Origin: Takakia lepidozioides
Taxonomy: Eukaryota > Plantae > Bryophyta
Length of the DNA: 64,000 nucleotides
Direction: 5' to 3'
NCBI GenBank assembly: GCA_030704615.1
Contig: CM060732.1
Location: forward strand, 12,338,001-12,402,000
A program made the translations under genes and the position numbers. How positions within the stretch are numbered: position 1 is the first letter of the stretch; the number at the start of each line of letters is the position of its first letter. Positions 35,388 to 47,580 of the stretch are shown piece after piece. Below the pieces are notes generated by a model. It worked only from the letters and a program-made list of their open reading frames with translations. It had not been told where the DNA came from and did not search any database.

Positions 35388-36520
35388 CCCCCTCAGGACT
35401 GGATTCTCTCTCGTTGGGGTCTTTGAGGGAATTTTCCTGTGTATACTTGACTAATCCAGTCTTTTAGTTTTTTCTTGGTCTTGGCTTTTAAACCACTTCA
35501 ATCCATTACATTTTCTTGGACAATTTTGGTCACTAACAGTAGCTCAGTTCGATATTGCACTGTGTGTCACCCCAGTGGTTTGGGGCTCAAATCCTGCTAC
35601 CTTGTCCTGTGTGATATGGTTTCGTGGCCTAAAGGTCTGGGGACGGTGTCTCCTATATGCTTCATGGATTCTAACAAAGGGGGTTAATTTTTTCCCCTCC
35701 TCCAGCCTGAACTGTAGTTTGGGCTTGACCCCCTTGCGAAGCGAAGTTTTGCCTTACTCAATATGAACTCTTATCACCATCATCATAGATGTTATAACTC
35801 TGGTGTCCATGTAAGAGTGAAAAGTCGTGAAGCACAGTGGCCCATGTTATCATGTGAGAAGTCAGAAATATTTGTTCAATTCTCAGTTAGTGGGCATGTT
35901 TATGAGCCATAGTTTTTAGCTGTGGTGCGACGTACTTAGTAGCAAGTGTATCAATATTTTGTGCATATGACATTGAGTTGGGGGTTAAACATGGAGACAA
36001 GAGAGCACTTTGTCGCAACAAAAAGGTCAGCAACACGGTGGGCTCTAGGAGGGTTGTGTTGCTGACCTTTCACCTGTAGTTGATGCTGACACAGGAGGAC
36101 AGCCCACTTTCAGAAGGATACCCCTATCCATGCAAAGCATATTTCTGAAGGCCTTAGTTGAGTAAGATATCTGTGCTCGGAGATGGCACCCAAAGTCATT
36201 CTGTCGAGGCCAGGGTGGCAGTGTTATGAAGCAAGATGGAAGAGCTGAAAGGTTTGCTGATACTCTACTCTGATACTGTTCTATCCTAATTCAACATGGC
36301 ATGTTCCAGAAATGCTGGCTAAGTTTCTACAATTCCTGCTGTTTTGCAGGTTAAGAGATTATGGCTTGTATGAAGGCGAACTACAATGTGTCAAAACCTC
36401 ATCTTACTAGGTTTTCTGCTCAATAATCATCCCTGACTCGTCCTTCCACAACTAAAACAATGACAAACTACCACCTTTGTGCCCTCAGGTTTGGAGCTCT
36501 GCAATTTGTTTTTGTTTGTT

Positions 36521-38458
36521 TCACCAGTAATCCCCACAAGAACAAGCCCCATCATGGAAGTGGTGAAAGCGGTTCCCATCCCGAACAACAATTTCTCGCC
36601 CAACAATGCTCGAAATGAATTTGGTGGCAGTGTGACAATCACCGCACACTCGAAGGTTCTGGATAACACGGATAGGTGTGCCAGGGGGTGTGCTGATCAG
36701 ACCAAAAGCAATGGCCAGCTTCTCACTATGGTGGCACAAGGAAAACTCCTTTTGCTCATCCTCCACATCATGCAATACAAAGCGTGTATCAGGCATGTAC
36801 CCAGCCTCCGTCATGAGCCCATACAATCGCTTCAGCTCATCATGGATTTTCACAATTTGAGGATGGAAATCATCTTCTACAACAAATGTATGCACCTGGT
36901 TGTTAACCTCAATGCAGCTTCTCCCTGGCTCTTTCCTGACACACCTGTCCTCCATCATTTTCCACACCTTTGCTTTATCATCCCACCTCCCAGCCGCAGC
37001 ATAGATGTTTGACAGCAGCACATAAGCTCCATGGTCCTCTGGATTGCATTTGAGAAGGCATTTTGCCGCATGTTCTGCTAGCTCGAAATTGCCATGAATT
37101 CTACAAGCACCAAGCAAGGCCCCCCACACACCGGCGTCTGGTTCAATTGGCATTCTGTTAATGAAATCTTCTGCCTCATCCAATTGCCCCGCACGACCAA
37201 GAAGGTCCACCATGCAGCCAAAGTGCTTCACTGTAGGGATAACCCCCTGATTTTGAATCATGGAAAAGTAGTGACCGCCTTCCTGCACCAGGCCCACATG
37301 GTTACATGCAGACAGAACAGATATAAAGGTGACATTGTTCGGCTTCAAGCCTTCCTCAAGCATTTGTTCAAACAGTTGCAGGGCCTCCCTACCAAACCCA
37401 TGCTGTGCAAATCCTGCAATCATCGCAGTCCATGAGACCACATCTCGTTTAGCCATATTGTTGAACATTTGATGTGCATCCTTTATGCCTCCACATTTGG
37501 CATACATGTCCACAAGCACATTCCCCAGAATAGTATCTGGTACAATCCCAGCTTTGATAATGTCGGCATGGACCTGCTTGCCTTTTTCCAGGGCTCCTAG
37601 GCTGGCACATGCATTGAGAATGCAAGTAAATGTGATCCTGTCAGGCTTCACTCCTTCCCATAGCATTTGCTCATAAATCTTGAAAGCCTCCCTGTCACAG
37701 CCCTGCTGAGCATATCCTGCGATCATGGCATTCCATGAGACAACATCTCGATCCGACATATTGTCAAACACTTGATGCGCATCCTTCATGCTCCCACATT
37801 TGGCGTACATGTCAGCAAGGGCAGTCTCCAGTATGATATCTGGTGCAATGCCAGCTTTGATGACAGCTGCATAAACCTCCTTGCCCTTTTCCAGAGCTCC
37901 CAGCATGGCACATGCCTTGAGAACACAAATGAACGTAACCTTGTTAGGTGTTACCCCTTCACCTTGCATTTCCTCATAGAGCTTGAAGGCCTCCTCACCA
38001 CATCCATGCTTGGCATATCCTTGTATCATTGTAGTCCACGTAAATGTATCTCGTTCAGGCATTTTGTCAAAAACTTGGCGAGCATCCACGATACTCCTAC
38101 ATTTGGCGTACATGTTGACAAGGGTGTTGAGCACAATGATGTTTGGCTTGAATCCAGTTTGGATAATGTGGGCGTGCACTTGCTTTCCTTCTGCTAAGTC
38201 TTTGCTGTTGATGCACTCCTGCAATAGACAGACATAAGTCCTGGAATCTGCCCAAATGCCTTGTTGATTCAAAATGTGCAGTGCCTCTCTCAATCGACCT
38301 GCCTTACACAATGTTCTCAAGTGCATACAAGTGCCAGAAGAGTTCTTGTTGACTCCCTTTCTTGGTCCTGTTTCGAAAGGAGTGGCGATAGTCGAGGTTC
38401 CACCCCTGCCCTTACTCTGATGTCCAACAGCCAACTGTGCCTGATTCAACACTGCCAT
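36521..38458 (-). CDS. PLS-E1-E2-DYW pentatricopeptide repeat protein (organellar C-to-U editing factor), 645 aa
   Basis: P-L-S repeats, PG box KEPGRSCIEV, HSEKLA, CGDCH and terminal DYW. Confidence 0.96.
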   Translation of the reverse strand: MAVLNQAQLAVGHQSKGRGGTSTIATPFETGPRKGVNKNSSGTCMHLRTLCKAGRLREALHILNQQGIWADSRTYVCLLQECINSKDLAEGKQVHAHIIQTGFKPNIIVLNTLVNMYAKCRSIVDARQVFDKMPERDTFTWTTMIQGYAKHGCGEEAFKLYEEMQGEGVTPNKVTFICVLKACAMLGALEKGKEVYAAVIKAGIAPDIILETALADMYAKCGSMKDAHQVFDNMSDRDVVSWNAMIAGYAQQGCDREAFKIYEQMLWEGVKPDRITFTCILNACASLGALEKGKQVHADIIKAGIVPDTILGNVLVDMYAKCGGIKDAHQMFNNMAKRDVVSWTAMIAGFAQHGFGREALQLFEQMLEEGLKPNNVTFISVLSACNHVGLVQEGGHYFSMIQNQGVIPTVKHFGCMVDLLGRAGQLDEAEDFINRMPIEPDAGVWGALLGACRIHGNFELAEHAAKCLLKCNPEDHGAYVLLSNIYAAAGRWDDKAKVWKMMEDRCVRKEPGRSCIEVNNQVHTFVVEDDFHPQIVKIHDELKRLYGLMTEAGYMPDTRFVLHDVEDEQKEFSLCHHSEKLAIAFGLISTPPGTPIRVIQNLRVCGDCHTATKFISSIVGREIVVRDGNRFHHFHDGACSCGDYW

Positions 38459-40631
38459 CCTGCATGATTCAATAAGAAACTTTTAAGCTCAAATTCAAAC
38501 AACATATAAAGAAATCCCCTAGTTCGAAAGAAGATCTCTCCATGAGCATAGGCTTCTTGCTACATAGTAACAGGACAGTTGCAGAAATACAGTAGCAAGC
38601 TATTTTGAAAATAGGTTACCTGCACCAAATCTATCTGGATGAGTTGCAACTGTTGTACCATCATCGAAAGAATACCCGTCCAATTCTTGGCCGGGAGCAC
38701 CCTGACATTAGAACTATCACCTGAACGTGCTCGCTCTTGTATCATCGCAGCCAGCTCTGCTTTCGGGCTCAATCCAAAGGACATCCTTGGTGCTCTTAAG
38801 CCTAGTGTCTGGTGATTTTGGATTTTTCTGTGAGACACCAAAAGTATGCAGCTGAGCATCCATAACTCGAACCACAGCGTCCAGTACGACAGGCTAGGGA
38901 CACCGAACCTCCAAACAGTCGTGAATGAAGAAGCCTTATCGGCATGAAAGTGGGATGTGAGGAAGCCTCCCAGTGCTAGGCCAAATGTGTCTTCATTTCT
39001 GTTCAAAGCACATGCCAGATCATTTTTCTTCCTTTATATTGCGACTGAACTCTCCCGCTCGTGAATGGATTGATGCTGCCTCCCTTTCTTCTGCACGCAC
39101 CTTCCGTACTCTGAAATGGAAAGACGAGATAAATGGCAGCATGCGAGAGGCCACGAGCCCGCAGCTAGTCCATGCGGGAGCAACCATTTGTATCATATGC
39201 ACCTTCATACCAGAAACCTCAGGGCTCTCTGTGGACAGCTTCTTCCAAGTTTAGCGTTGGACGTGACGGAAAGACAAATTCCATTTGATCTAGTTCCTGG
39301 GCATGGCCTCTTCGTGCGCGCTTAGGAAAGCATCCGAGTGAGAAGAATTGAAGGCATATGGTCACCTATTTCATAATTCGAACATATGCCGAAGAAGTGC
39401 AACTACGATGACTTTCTTGAGCGAGAGATAGATTGGCCTGCTGACTTGGTTAGGACACCGAGGGAGAGATAGAATCTGCTCTGAGATTTGAGGACTCTCT
39501 ACTTGAACGTGACGCAGAGGACACTTTCTGTTTCGAGAATTTGGAGCAAAGACATTACTAAAACTACAAACGAGAGTTGCATGTTGGAAAATTGATGCGC
39601 AGCGTGCAGAAGAAGTCCGTAACTTGATAGAGAAGAACGTGGATCATTGGCTACTGCACAAGCTGCCTCATTACATCACCAAACTGAAGCTTTGAAATTA
39701 TCAGGGCCTCAAGTGGCGAGAGTTGGGTTTAAACGAAGAGCTATCTATCCATGCGCTGGGTCATTCGCTATCTTGTGACCTTGTCCATGCTAGTGGCTCA
39801 CTTGTGGATTGGGGGCCCTACTATTGCTGCTCTAAGATGTCAGAGCCCAGCGGCGTTGAACCCAGTAGCGAACGAATTCCTGGACGGGCTCTCGGGCTCG
39901 AGCTTTATGGGCTGTGCGCGCAGATCTAGTTGTCGTCTCTGCTCGTGAGTTTGAAAACCAAGACTTTGATAGTTGGCCCCGCAATTCCCTACTCTCTTTC
40001 ACTTGGACGGAGGGAGACGAGACTCGTGTAAGCTTTTGGATTCGGACCCAAAACAGTCGGGAGTGGCTGGCAGTGGCTGGATCACGAAGTGCAAAAAGTT
40101 TGGGTAAGGACGTAAGGACCTCTGTAGCTGGTCCTTCTCATTGGTGTTGGTATTTGTGGTCTTGCATAATCCGGAGAGACCATAGCTGTGGCCTCGGAAG
40201 AATAGAAGTATGTTGCCTGTGGTTGGTCCTGAGGTATCTGAGTCCTTAGAAACAGGTCGTGGGGGTTTTCATTCGGAGCTATATTACATGGAGGAGGGAT
40301 ATGCAAGTCCCATTGCAAGAGCTCAACTTATGCGTCCCATGTTTGGTAATGAGAACTTGCCTCCTCATGGGAATGTTGATGTAACTCTTCTGTCTTGCAC
40401 TCTGTTTGCCAGGAGTAGACAATCTGTTTCCTGTGGGAAAGATGTGAGCATGTTAAATGTTACAACCTCACCTACTTCGCGTGATGCCATGGCTGTACAC
40501 CAGGCAATTTGGTGGCTCCGAGTGCTGCATGGGAGGAAGCGTGTGCCAATTCGTTTTACACTAGATCCTTTTTCGATTTATCGAGGAGCTTTATGGTTTA
40601 GGATTTGTAACTAAGAATTGAGTCATGCAGG

Positions 40632-43163
40632 ATGGCAGTGTTGAGTAAGGCACAGTTGTTTGTTGGACATCAGACTGGCACCAGCTCAATCAGCACCTCT
40701 CTCGAAAGAGAAGGAGGAGAAGCCAACAAGAATTCTTCTGGCACTTGCGCAAATGTGAGGACGCTATGTAAGGGAGGTGAATTGAAAGAAGCACTGCACA
40801 TCTTGAACCAACGAGGCTTTCGGTCAAACTACAGTACTTACGTATGTCTCTTACAGGAGTGCATCAACATCAAAGACCAAGCAGGTGGAAAGAACGTACA
40901 TGCCCACATTATCCGAAGTAGATTCAAGCCAAACATCTTTCTACTCAACACTGTTGTCAACATGTATGCCAAGTGTGGGAACATGGTGGATGCACGCCAA
41001 GTGTTTGACAAAATGCCTCGACGAGATATGTTTACTTGGACTATAATGATACAAGGATACGCCAAGAATGGGTGTGGTAGGGAGGCTTTTGAGGTCTATC
41101 AGCAAATGCAACATGAAGGAGTGACGCCAGATAGGGTCACGTTCACTTGCATTCTCAATGCGTGTGCCAGTCTGGGAACCTTGGGAAAGGTCGAAGAGGT
41201 CCATGCTGACATCATGAAAGCTGGAATTGCAGCACATGTTAAACTGGAGACTGCCCTTGTTCATGTGTATGCTAAATGCGGGAGAATGAAGGATGCACGA
41301 CAAGTGTTTGACAATATGGCTGAACGAAACGTAGTCTCATGCAATGTGATGATTACAGGATATGTTCAGCATGGGTGTAGCAAGGAAGCTTTCGAGGTGT
41401 ATGAGCAATTGCAACGTGATGGACTGAAGCCTGACAAAGTTGTGTTCACTTGTGTTCTCGAGACGTGTGCCAGCATAGGAGACCTTAAAAAGGGCAAGAG
41501 TGTCCATGCGGACCTCAATAAAAGTGGCATTGTGCCAGATATCATTTTGGAGAATACCCTTGTTGACATGTATGCAAAGTGCAGGAGCATGAAGGATGCA
41601 CTTGAAGTGTTTGACAATATGTCTCGACAAAACGTGGTCTCCTGGAACACCTTAATCACAGGATATGCTCAGAATGGGTGTGGTAGAGAGGCTTTAAACA
41701 TCTATGACCGAATGCAACGGGATAGGGTACTGCCCAACAAGGTCACGTTCATTTGCATTCTCAATGCATGCGCAAGCCTGGGCACCCTGGAAAAAGGCAA
41801 AGAGGTCCATGCTTGCATCACTACAGCCAAAATTATGCCAGATAACATTCTGGAGACTACCCTTGCAGACATGTATGCCAAATGCGGAAGCATGAGGGAT
41901 GCACGTCTTGTGTTCGACAATATGGCTCGACGAGATGTTGTCTCATGGAATGCCATGATTGCAGGATATGCTCAGCATGGCAAGGGTGAAGAGGCTTTTC
42001 AGATATATGAGCAAATGCAACAGGAAGGGGTGGCACCTGACAGGGTCACATTCACTTGCATGCTGAATGTGTGTGCCAGCCTAGGGGCCCTAGAAAAGGG
42101 TAAGCGTATTCATGCTGACACCAGCAAAAGTGGAGTTGTACCAGATATCATTCTGCAGAGTACCATTGTTGACATGTATGCCAAATGTGGTAGCATGGAA
42201 GATGCACAGACAGTGTTTGACAGTATGGCTAAACACGATGTGGTCTCATGGAGTGCAATGATCGCAGGTTATGCCCAGCATGGGCGTAGTAGGGAGGTGA
42301 TGGAACTATTTGAACAAATGAAACAGGAGGGCTCAAAGCCAAACTGTATCACCTTTGTCTCTCTACTCTCTGCATGTAACCATGTTGGCCTGGTGGATGA
42401 AGGCTGTCACTACTTTGATTCCATGAGACGAGATCATGGCCTCCCTCCCACAGTCGAGCATTTTGGGTGCATGGTGGACCTTCTTGGCCGTGCAGGGCAA
42501 CTGGACGACGCAGAGGACTTCATTAACAAAATGCCAGTCAAGCCAGACGCTAGGGTGTGGGGTGCCTTGCTTGGTGCCTGCAGAATTCATGGTGATGTGG
42601 AGCGTGCAGAATGGGCAGCGAAATGCCTTCTCAAGTGCAATCCATGGGACGTTGGAGCTTATGTGCTCCTATCAAACATCTATGCTGTGGCTGGCAGGTG
42701 GGGGGATAAAGCCAAGGTGAGGAAGATGATGAAGAAAACAGGTATTAGGAAGGAGCCAGGTCACAGCTGCATAGAGGTCGGAAATCAGGTACATACATTC
42801 ATTGCAGAAGACAAAGGGCATCCACAAATTGAGGAAATCCATGCTGAGTTGCATAGATTGTCCAGGCAGATGAAGGAGGCTGGATATGTGCCTGACACAC
42901 GCTTCATATTGAATGATATGGAGGAGGAGCAAAAGGAAAGTTCTCTGTGCTATCACAGTGAGAAGCTAGCTATTGCTTTTGGACTTATCAGCACACCCCC
43001 TGGGACACCTATCCGAGTCATCAAGAACCTTCGGGTGTGTGGTGACTGCCACACTGCCACCAAGTTCATCTCAAAGATTGGTGGGCGTGCGGTAGTTCTG
43101 CGGGATGCCAACCGCTTTCACCACTTCCAAAATGGGGCTTGTTCTTGTGGCGATTACTGGTGA
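40632..43163 (+). CDS. PLS-E1-E2-DYW pentatricopeptide repeat protein, 843 aa
   Basis: Same architecture with about 200 aa more (two extra PLS triplets); KEPGHSCIEV, HSEKLA, CGDCH, DYW. Confidence 0.96.
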   Translation: MAVLSKAQLFVGHQTGTSSISTSLEREGGEANKNSSGTCANVRTLCKGGELKEALHILNQRGFRSNYSTYVCLLQECINIKDQAGGKNVHAHIIRSRFKPNIFLLNTVVNMYAKCGNMVDARQVFDKMPRRDMFTWTIMIQGYAKNGCGREAFEVYQQMQHEGVTPDRVTFTCILNACASLGTLGKVEEVHADIMKAGIAAHVKLETALVHVYAKCGRMKDARQVFDNMAERNVVSCNVMITGYVQHGCSKEAFEVYEQLQRDGLKPDKVVFTCVLETCASIGDLKKGKSVHADLNKSGIVPDIILENTLVDMYAKCRSMKDALEVFDNMSRQNVVSWNTLITGYAQNGCGREALNIYDRMQRDRVLPNKVTFICILNACASLGTLEKGKEVHACITTAKIMPDNILETTLADMYAKCGSMRDARLVFDNMARRDVVSWNAMIAGYAQHGKGEEAFQIYEQMQQEGVAPDRVTFTCMLNVCASLGALEKGKRIHADTSKSGVVPDIILQSTIVDMYAKCGSMEDAQTVFDSMAKHDVVSWSAMIAGYAQHGRSREVMELFEQMKQEGSKPNCITFVSLLSACNHVGLVDEGCHYFDSMRRDHGLPPTVEHFGCMVDLLGRAGQLDDAEDFINKMPVKPDARVWGALLGACRIHGDVERAEWAAKCLLKCNPWDVGAYVLLSNIYAVAGRWGDKAKVRKMMKKTGIRKEPGHSCIEVGNQVHTFIAEDKGHPQIEEIHAELHRLSRQMKEAGYVPDTRFILNDMEEEQKESSLCYHSEKLAIAFGLISTPPGTPIRVIKNLRVCGDCHTATKFISKIGGRAVVLRDANRFHHFQNGACSCGDYW

Positions 43164-43710
43164 AACATGGGCTCCATGATCTCATCAGCACACCCCCTGG
43201 GACACCATCAAGAACCTTTGGGTGTTTGGTGACTGCCACACTGCCACCAAGTTCATCTTGAAGATTGCTGGGGGATGCCAACGGCTTTCACCACTTCCAA
43301 AATGGCCCTTGTTCTTGTGGCGATTACTGGTGAAACAAGGGCTCCATCATCAGCACACCCCCTGGGACACCTATCCGCGTCATCAAGAACCTTCGGGTGC
43401 GTGGTGACTGCCACACTGCCACCAAGTTCATCTCGATGACTGTTGGCAATCGTGGTTCTGCAGGATGCCAACCACTTTCACCACTTCCAAATGGAGCTTG
43501 TTCTTGTGGTACTGGTGAAACATGGGCTCCATGATCTCATCAGCACAATGACGAACCTTTGGGTGTGTGGTGAATGCCACACTGCCACCAAGTTCATCTC
43601 GAAAATTGTTTGGCAAGCAGTGGTTCTGTGGGATGCCAACCACTTTCACCACTTCCAAAATGGGCCTCGTTCTTGGCGATTACTGGTGAAACAAGGGCTC
43701 CATGATCATG
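43164..43710 (+). repeat. three decayed tandem copies of the DYW 3' end plus stop and 3' flank
   Basis: Units at about 43185, 43349 and 43539 each contain ACTGCCACCAAGTTCATC...CACCACTTCCAAA...TACTGGTGAAACA(T/A)GGGCTCCAT. Confidence 0.92.
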
Positions 43711-44860
43711 CAAGGGTCGTTGTCAGTACAATGAGTTGAACCAGTTGTAGATCTCTTCGCTTGGACAATCCTCAAATTGTAAATCAGGCATCAACGGCTG
43801 ATCAAAATTGTATAATAGTAGGTACACCCGTCCCAGTAAAATGGGGTAGTCCAGCCAATGCTCAATCTCCATATCATCCTGATGCCCAGTGTATCCATTC
43901 TTTGGAACAGGGTGCTGCATTGTCACTGGAACACTGCTGTTTCCACTCAATCACAGGTGAAGTCAGTTGCCCCTTATAGAGAGAATTTGCAGAGAGCATC
44001 AGTGTCTGGTATCTTCTAATGAAGACACATTAAGCAACAACCCCAGGGACAGCCCTGTTGGCAGGTTGGGCTTGGAAACAGGGCGAAGGGCATATATGTG
44101 TAGAAATTTATGTCTTAGCCGTGCCACAGACATAGAACTTATTGTAAGTCATTGTTAGCACTATAGTTATTAGTATTACTCCACGTAGTGCACCATTGAC
44201 TATCTCAGTAGTCATAACTATCACTACTATCAGAATGATTCACTTGGAAAAAAACTTGAGTTATTTGGTGTGCTGAAGACATTTGAGTCATTTAAACTAC
44301 TTGAGACATTCAAACGACTCAAATATTTTGAATGCTTATTACTCATGTAAGTCATTGGAATTACACATTTGAGTCATTTACTGATTCATCCAAGTAATCC
44401 AAATGACTGTGTTCTGATATACACAGTGCTCCCAATCACTATAAGAACGACTGCACAACCCAATAATTATTGGTGGAGTCATTACTCTTACTCATCATAT
44501 GAAATTGGAGCACTCTGATAACGACTACACGTGGCACTAACGTAGTCATGCCTACTGAAACTTAATGACTGAATGTGGTGCGGCCACGTGGCATCATCTT
44601 CCGTAGAATGAAGGAATGTGGAGCAACCACGTGGCACAATCTCATCCGCTCAGACTAAATACATGTGGCGGGAGATGACTCCGGCCGGGGCCGGCGTAAC
44701 TAAGAGCCACTTCGTCTTACGGTTACTGCCCCCTTTCAGGGGTGGGCCCTATAAAACTATGGGTGCCCGGAGGGCACCCCGTAACCCATGGGCAAGCGGA
44801 TGGGCACCCCGCGGAGGGGCATCCCAGGGGGGGCCCTGGGGTGCCCGTGGTGAAAAAGGC

Positions 44861-47580
44861 CTATGAGATGTGGTTTTCAAGTTGTCTTTTGTTAGTGATA
44901 ATAGCAGTGAGGGAGCGTAGCACGTTCAGGTGGATATCTTTGAAGCATTTATGGATAGGGTTGATAGGAAGGTTAAAGTTATTGTGGAGGGCAGAGATAC
45001 TGGCGTTGTGAATGCCGCCTCTGGTTCCGGCTGTAATGACCGTGAGAGGGCCTATGGACCAGCCACGGCGGCGAAGGGCTAAAAAGTAGGGCATATTTTT
45101 GGCGTTTTTCCAATGTGGATGGGCGAGGATAGCGGTCGTTACAATATGTAAATTCAATAAAGTGTATGGTAAGGTTGGAGGACAGGGAACTGGGCGGTGG
45201 GACGTCTATGGGTAGCCCGTGTACTAGAAGTATGTTTGGACAGAGTCTGGCTTGGCAAGTGCAGGGGGTAGACGGTCTGCATGTACAGGGTAGGAGCCAG
45301 TGGGGTACCGTATGGTCAAGGGGCCTCCCCTGGCAGGTTCCGGCATTGATGAGTGAAAACCAGCGTGTCTCAGGGCGGCGTAAGAGTAGTTTGTGAATGT
45401 GCCAGACAACTTGATTATGCCGGGTAATACGGAGGCCATGGATGATGGGGTGTGTACATTGACTGAGAAGGTGTGGCCAAGTGTCGCGGGCCGAGTGAGT
45501 GCTAGCACAAAGCGGGCAGTTTGGAGAGGGATAAAGGCGGGGCCAAAAGACGTGTTTGCGCTGGTGACCCATGTATTGGGCGTATCGGAATTTGAGAGTC
45601 TGTCTGATTTGGGCATCGGTGGCGAGGCGAGTGTGCCAGAAGTGATTAGACAGCTTATGGTGGAGCACCTCGGATTGTGTCCATTTCTGGACATGCAGTT
45701 TAGAGTGACTATGGGATGTCCGGGCTTGTTTGTCAACTTCTCGTGTAATGGTGGTTTTTAGGTTGCGGACGGGACGGGGCTCCATGGGGCCAGGGACTGG
45801 GTATATGAACCAGGATGGGTGTGTATGGGCCACATGTATGGGATTTGAGGTGGGATCTACCTCAGGCCGTGTGGCTCCTTGCTGGGCAAAGAAGTCAGCC
45901 ATGTCGTTGCCTGTGATGCCAATGTGTGAACAAACTTTAAGAAAGTAGATGGGTTGGTTTATGGAAATAGCGAGATGAACTATAGCAGCGATGAGGTTTC
46001 GGTCTGAGTGGTGGTGGTGAGAGGAGGGTCGCCGGGAGAGGTGGTTCCGGATGAGGAAGAGTGAGGTCAGACTGTCGGTGAAGATATAGTGAGGTGGGGA
46101 GAATGAGGAGAGCTGGGTGAGGGCATCATGTATTGCCATGAGCTCGGCACGGAAGATGGTGGCCGGGCCAAGAAGGTGTAGAGAGACGCCTTGGTTAGTA
46201 GCGGCGTGGTAGATACCATAGCCTGCCCGGGGGCCGGCTATTAGGGATCCGTTGGTGTAGTGGGAATTGGCAGGTGGGTATTTAAGGGGGAGGTCCATCT
46301 GGGCTGTCGGGGGTTTGGTGCGGACAGTGATGGGGGGGAGGGGGTGGGGGCGGGGGATCATACGAGACCATGTTTTGGAGTAGGGCATTTTAGGGTAGAG
46401 CGAGAGGCAGGAGTTTGGTGAGGGGGGGTAGGGAATGTGGTGGCCTTCATGCCATGTGTATCCGTTAGGAGGTATTTGAGTCGGGTTTGGAAGTCGGCGG
46501 GTATAAGGGAGCCTGTGTTGGAGTGGTGGACAAGGAGTATGAGGGTTAGGGTGGGTTCGCGGTGTTGGAGGTATTTAGGGAGAGGTGGGGTGCGATGGTA
46601 TTGGAGCTGGTCTGGGTCAATTGCGGCTAGGGGGATGACCTCGGGGGGAAGCTGAAGAAGGGGGTGCGGGTTATTAGGGAGTTGTTGGTGTGTTAGTAGC
46701 AGAATGGTGGAAGTAGAGGGGGAGGATTGAGCCGCGAAGCGGGCCCATTGCAAAGCGTCATGCGTGGAAGAGCCTAGGGGCGGGTGTGCATAACCGCGGC
46801 CGGCCCAGGTGTGTTGGGAGTCAGAGCCAATGGCTCCAAATAGGCAGTCGCGGGGGTGCGAGCTGAAGTATGATGAGAGGAGCATGGGGCATGTAAGTGG
46901 GTTCGAGTAGTAAGAGTGCGTGATTTGGAAGGAATCTATAAGGAGTGCAAGAACGTCTGGGGGGAGGGTAGTATGAGACTGGGCTTGTGTGAGCTTGAGG
47001 GGGGAGCGAGGTTTTTTGGGAGGGGTATCAATCAGATAGCAGTCTATGAGCCAACAGACTTTTGTGGCAAAGTTTTGTCTATCTGGCGCGAGCTGGCTGG
47101 ATGGTGGGCTTGAAGTAGAATATATGTGCCAGAGCCAAGTGAGTCGGTCATTCGGGATGAGTCCCATATAGCGACCCTGGGGGGCATATAGCTTGGACAG
47201 ACGTTTGCCAAGACGTAAAATGGGGGAGATGTGTAGGATGTCTTTATCCGGGTTACATTCACCACATGTACCTCAGGAGCATCTACGGGGTTGTGGATGA
47301 AGCGGGCATCTATTGCTTGGGTTTGGGAGGTGTGTTGTAAGTGAGTATGGGCTAGGTAATTGGTGTTAGTGGACTTATGGAATGCAGTGAGTAGGTCAAG
47401 GTTGTGGGCTGGGTCACAATCATCATGGGACCCGAATAAGTCATCCTCGACTTGTCAGGTGTTGTCTTTGGATGAATATCTGGCCCATTTACATAGGTAA
47501 AAAGTGTCTAGACATGTGGCGCCATATTCATCGATAGTGGTTTGAGTTCTGGTTCCTAGAATAGCTTCAATGATGAAGGC
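44861..47580 (-). mobile_element. 5'-truncated Dualen/RandI-like non-LTR retrotransposon: chromodomain, adenine-MTase-like region, RNase H, CCHC and restriction-like endonuclease
   Basis: RNase H: YTNGS, RAELMAI, FTDSL, SHIGITGNDMAD. CPLC..HLLSQC, RHN, PNI..IEFTYC..KRQKY. Chromodomain: YLCKWARYSSKDNT*QVEDDL. Confidence 0.82.

Noticed and set aside
38560-40614. Short ORFs between the PPR genes
   Set aside because: No recognisable domain; frames are broken and overlapping.
36521-43163. U-to-C (KP-type) DYW editors
   Set aside because: Both have the canonical PG box, HSEKLA and terminal DYW of C-to-U enzymes.
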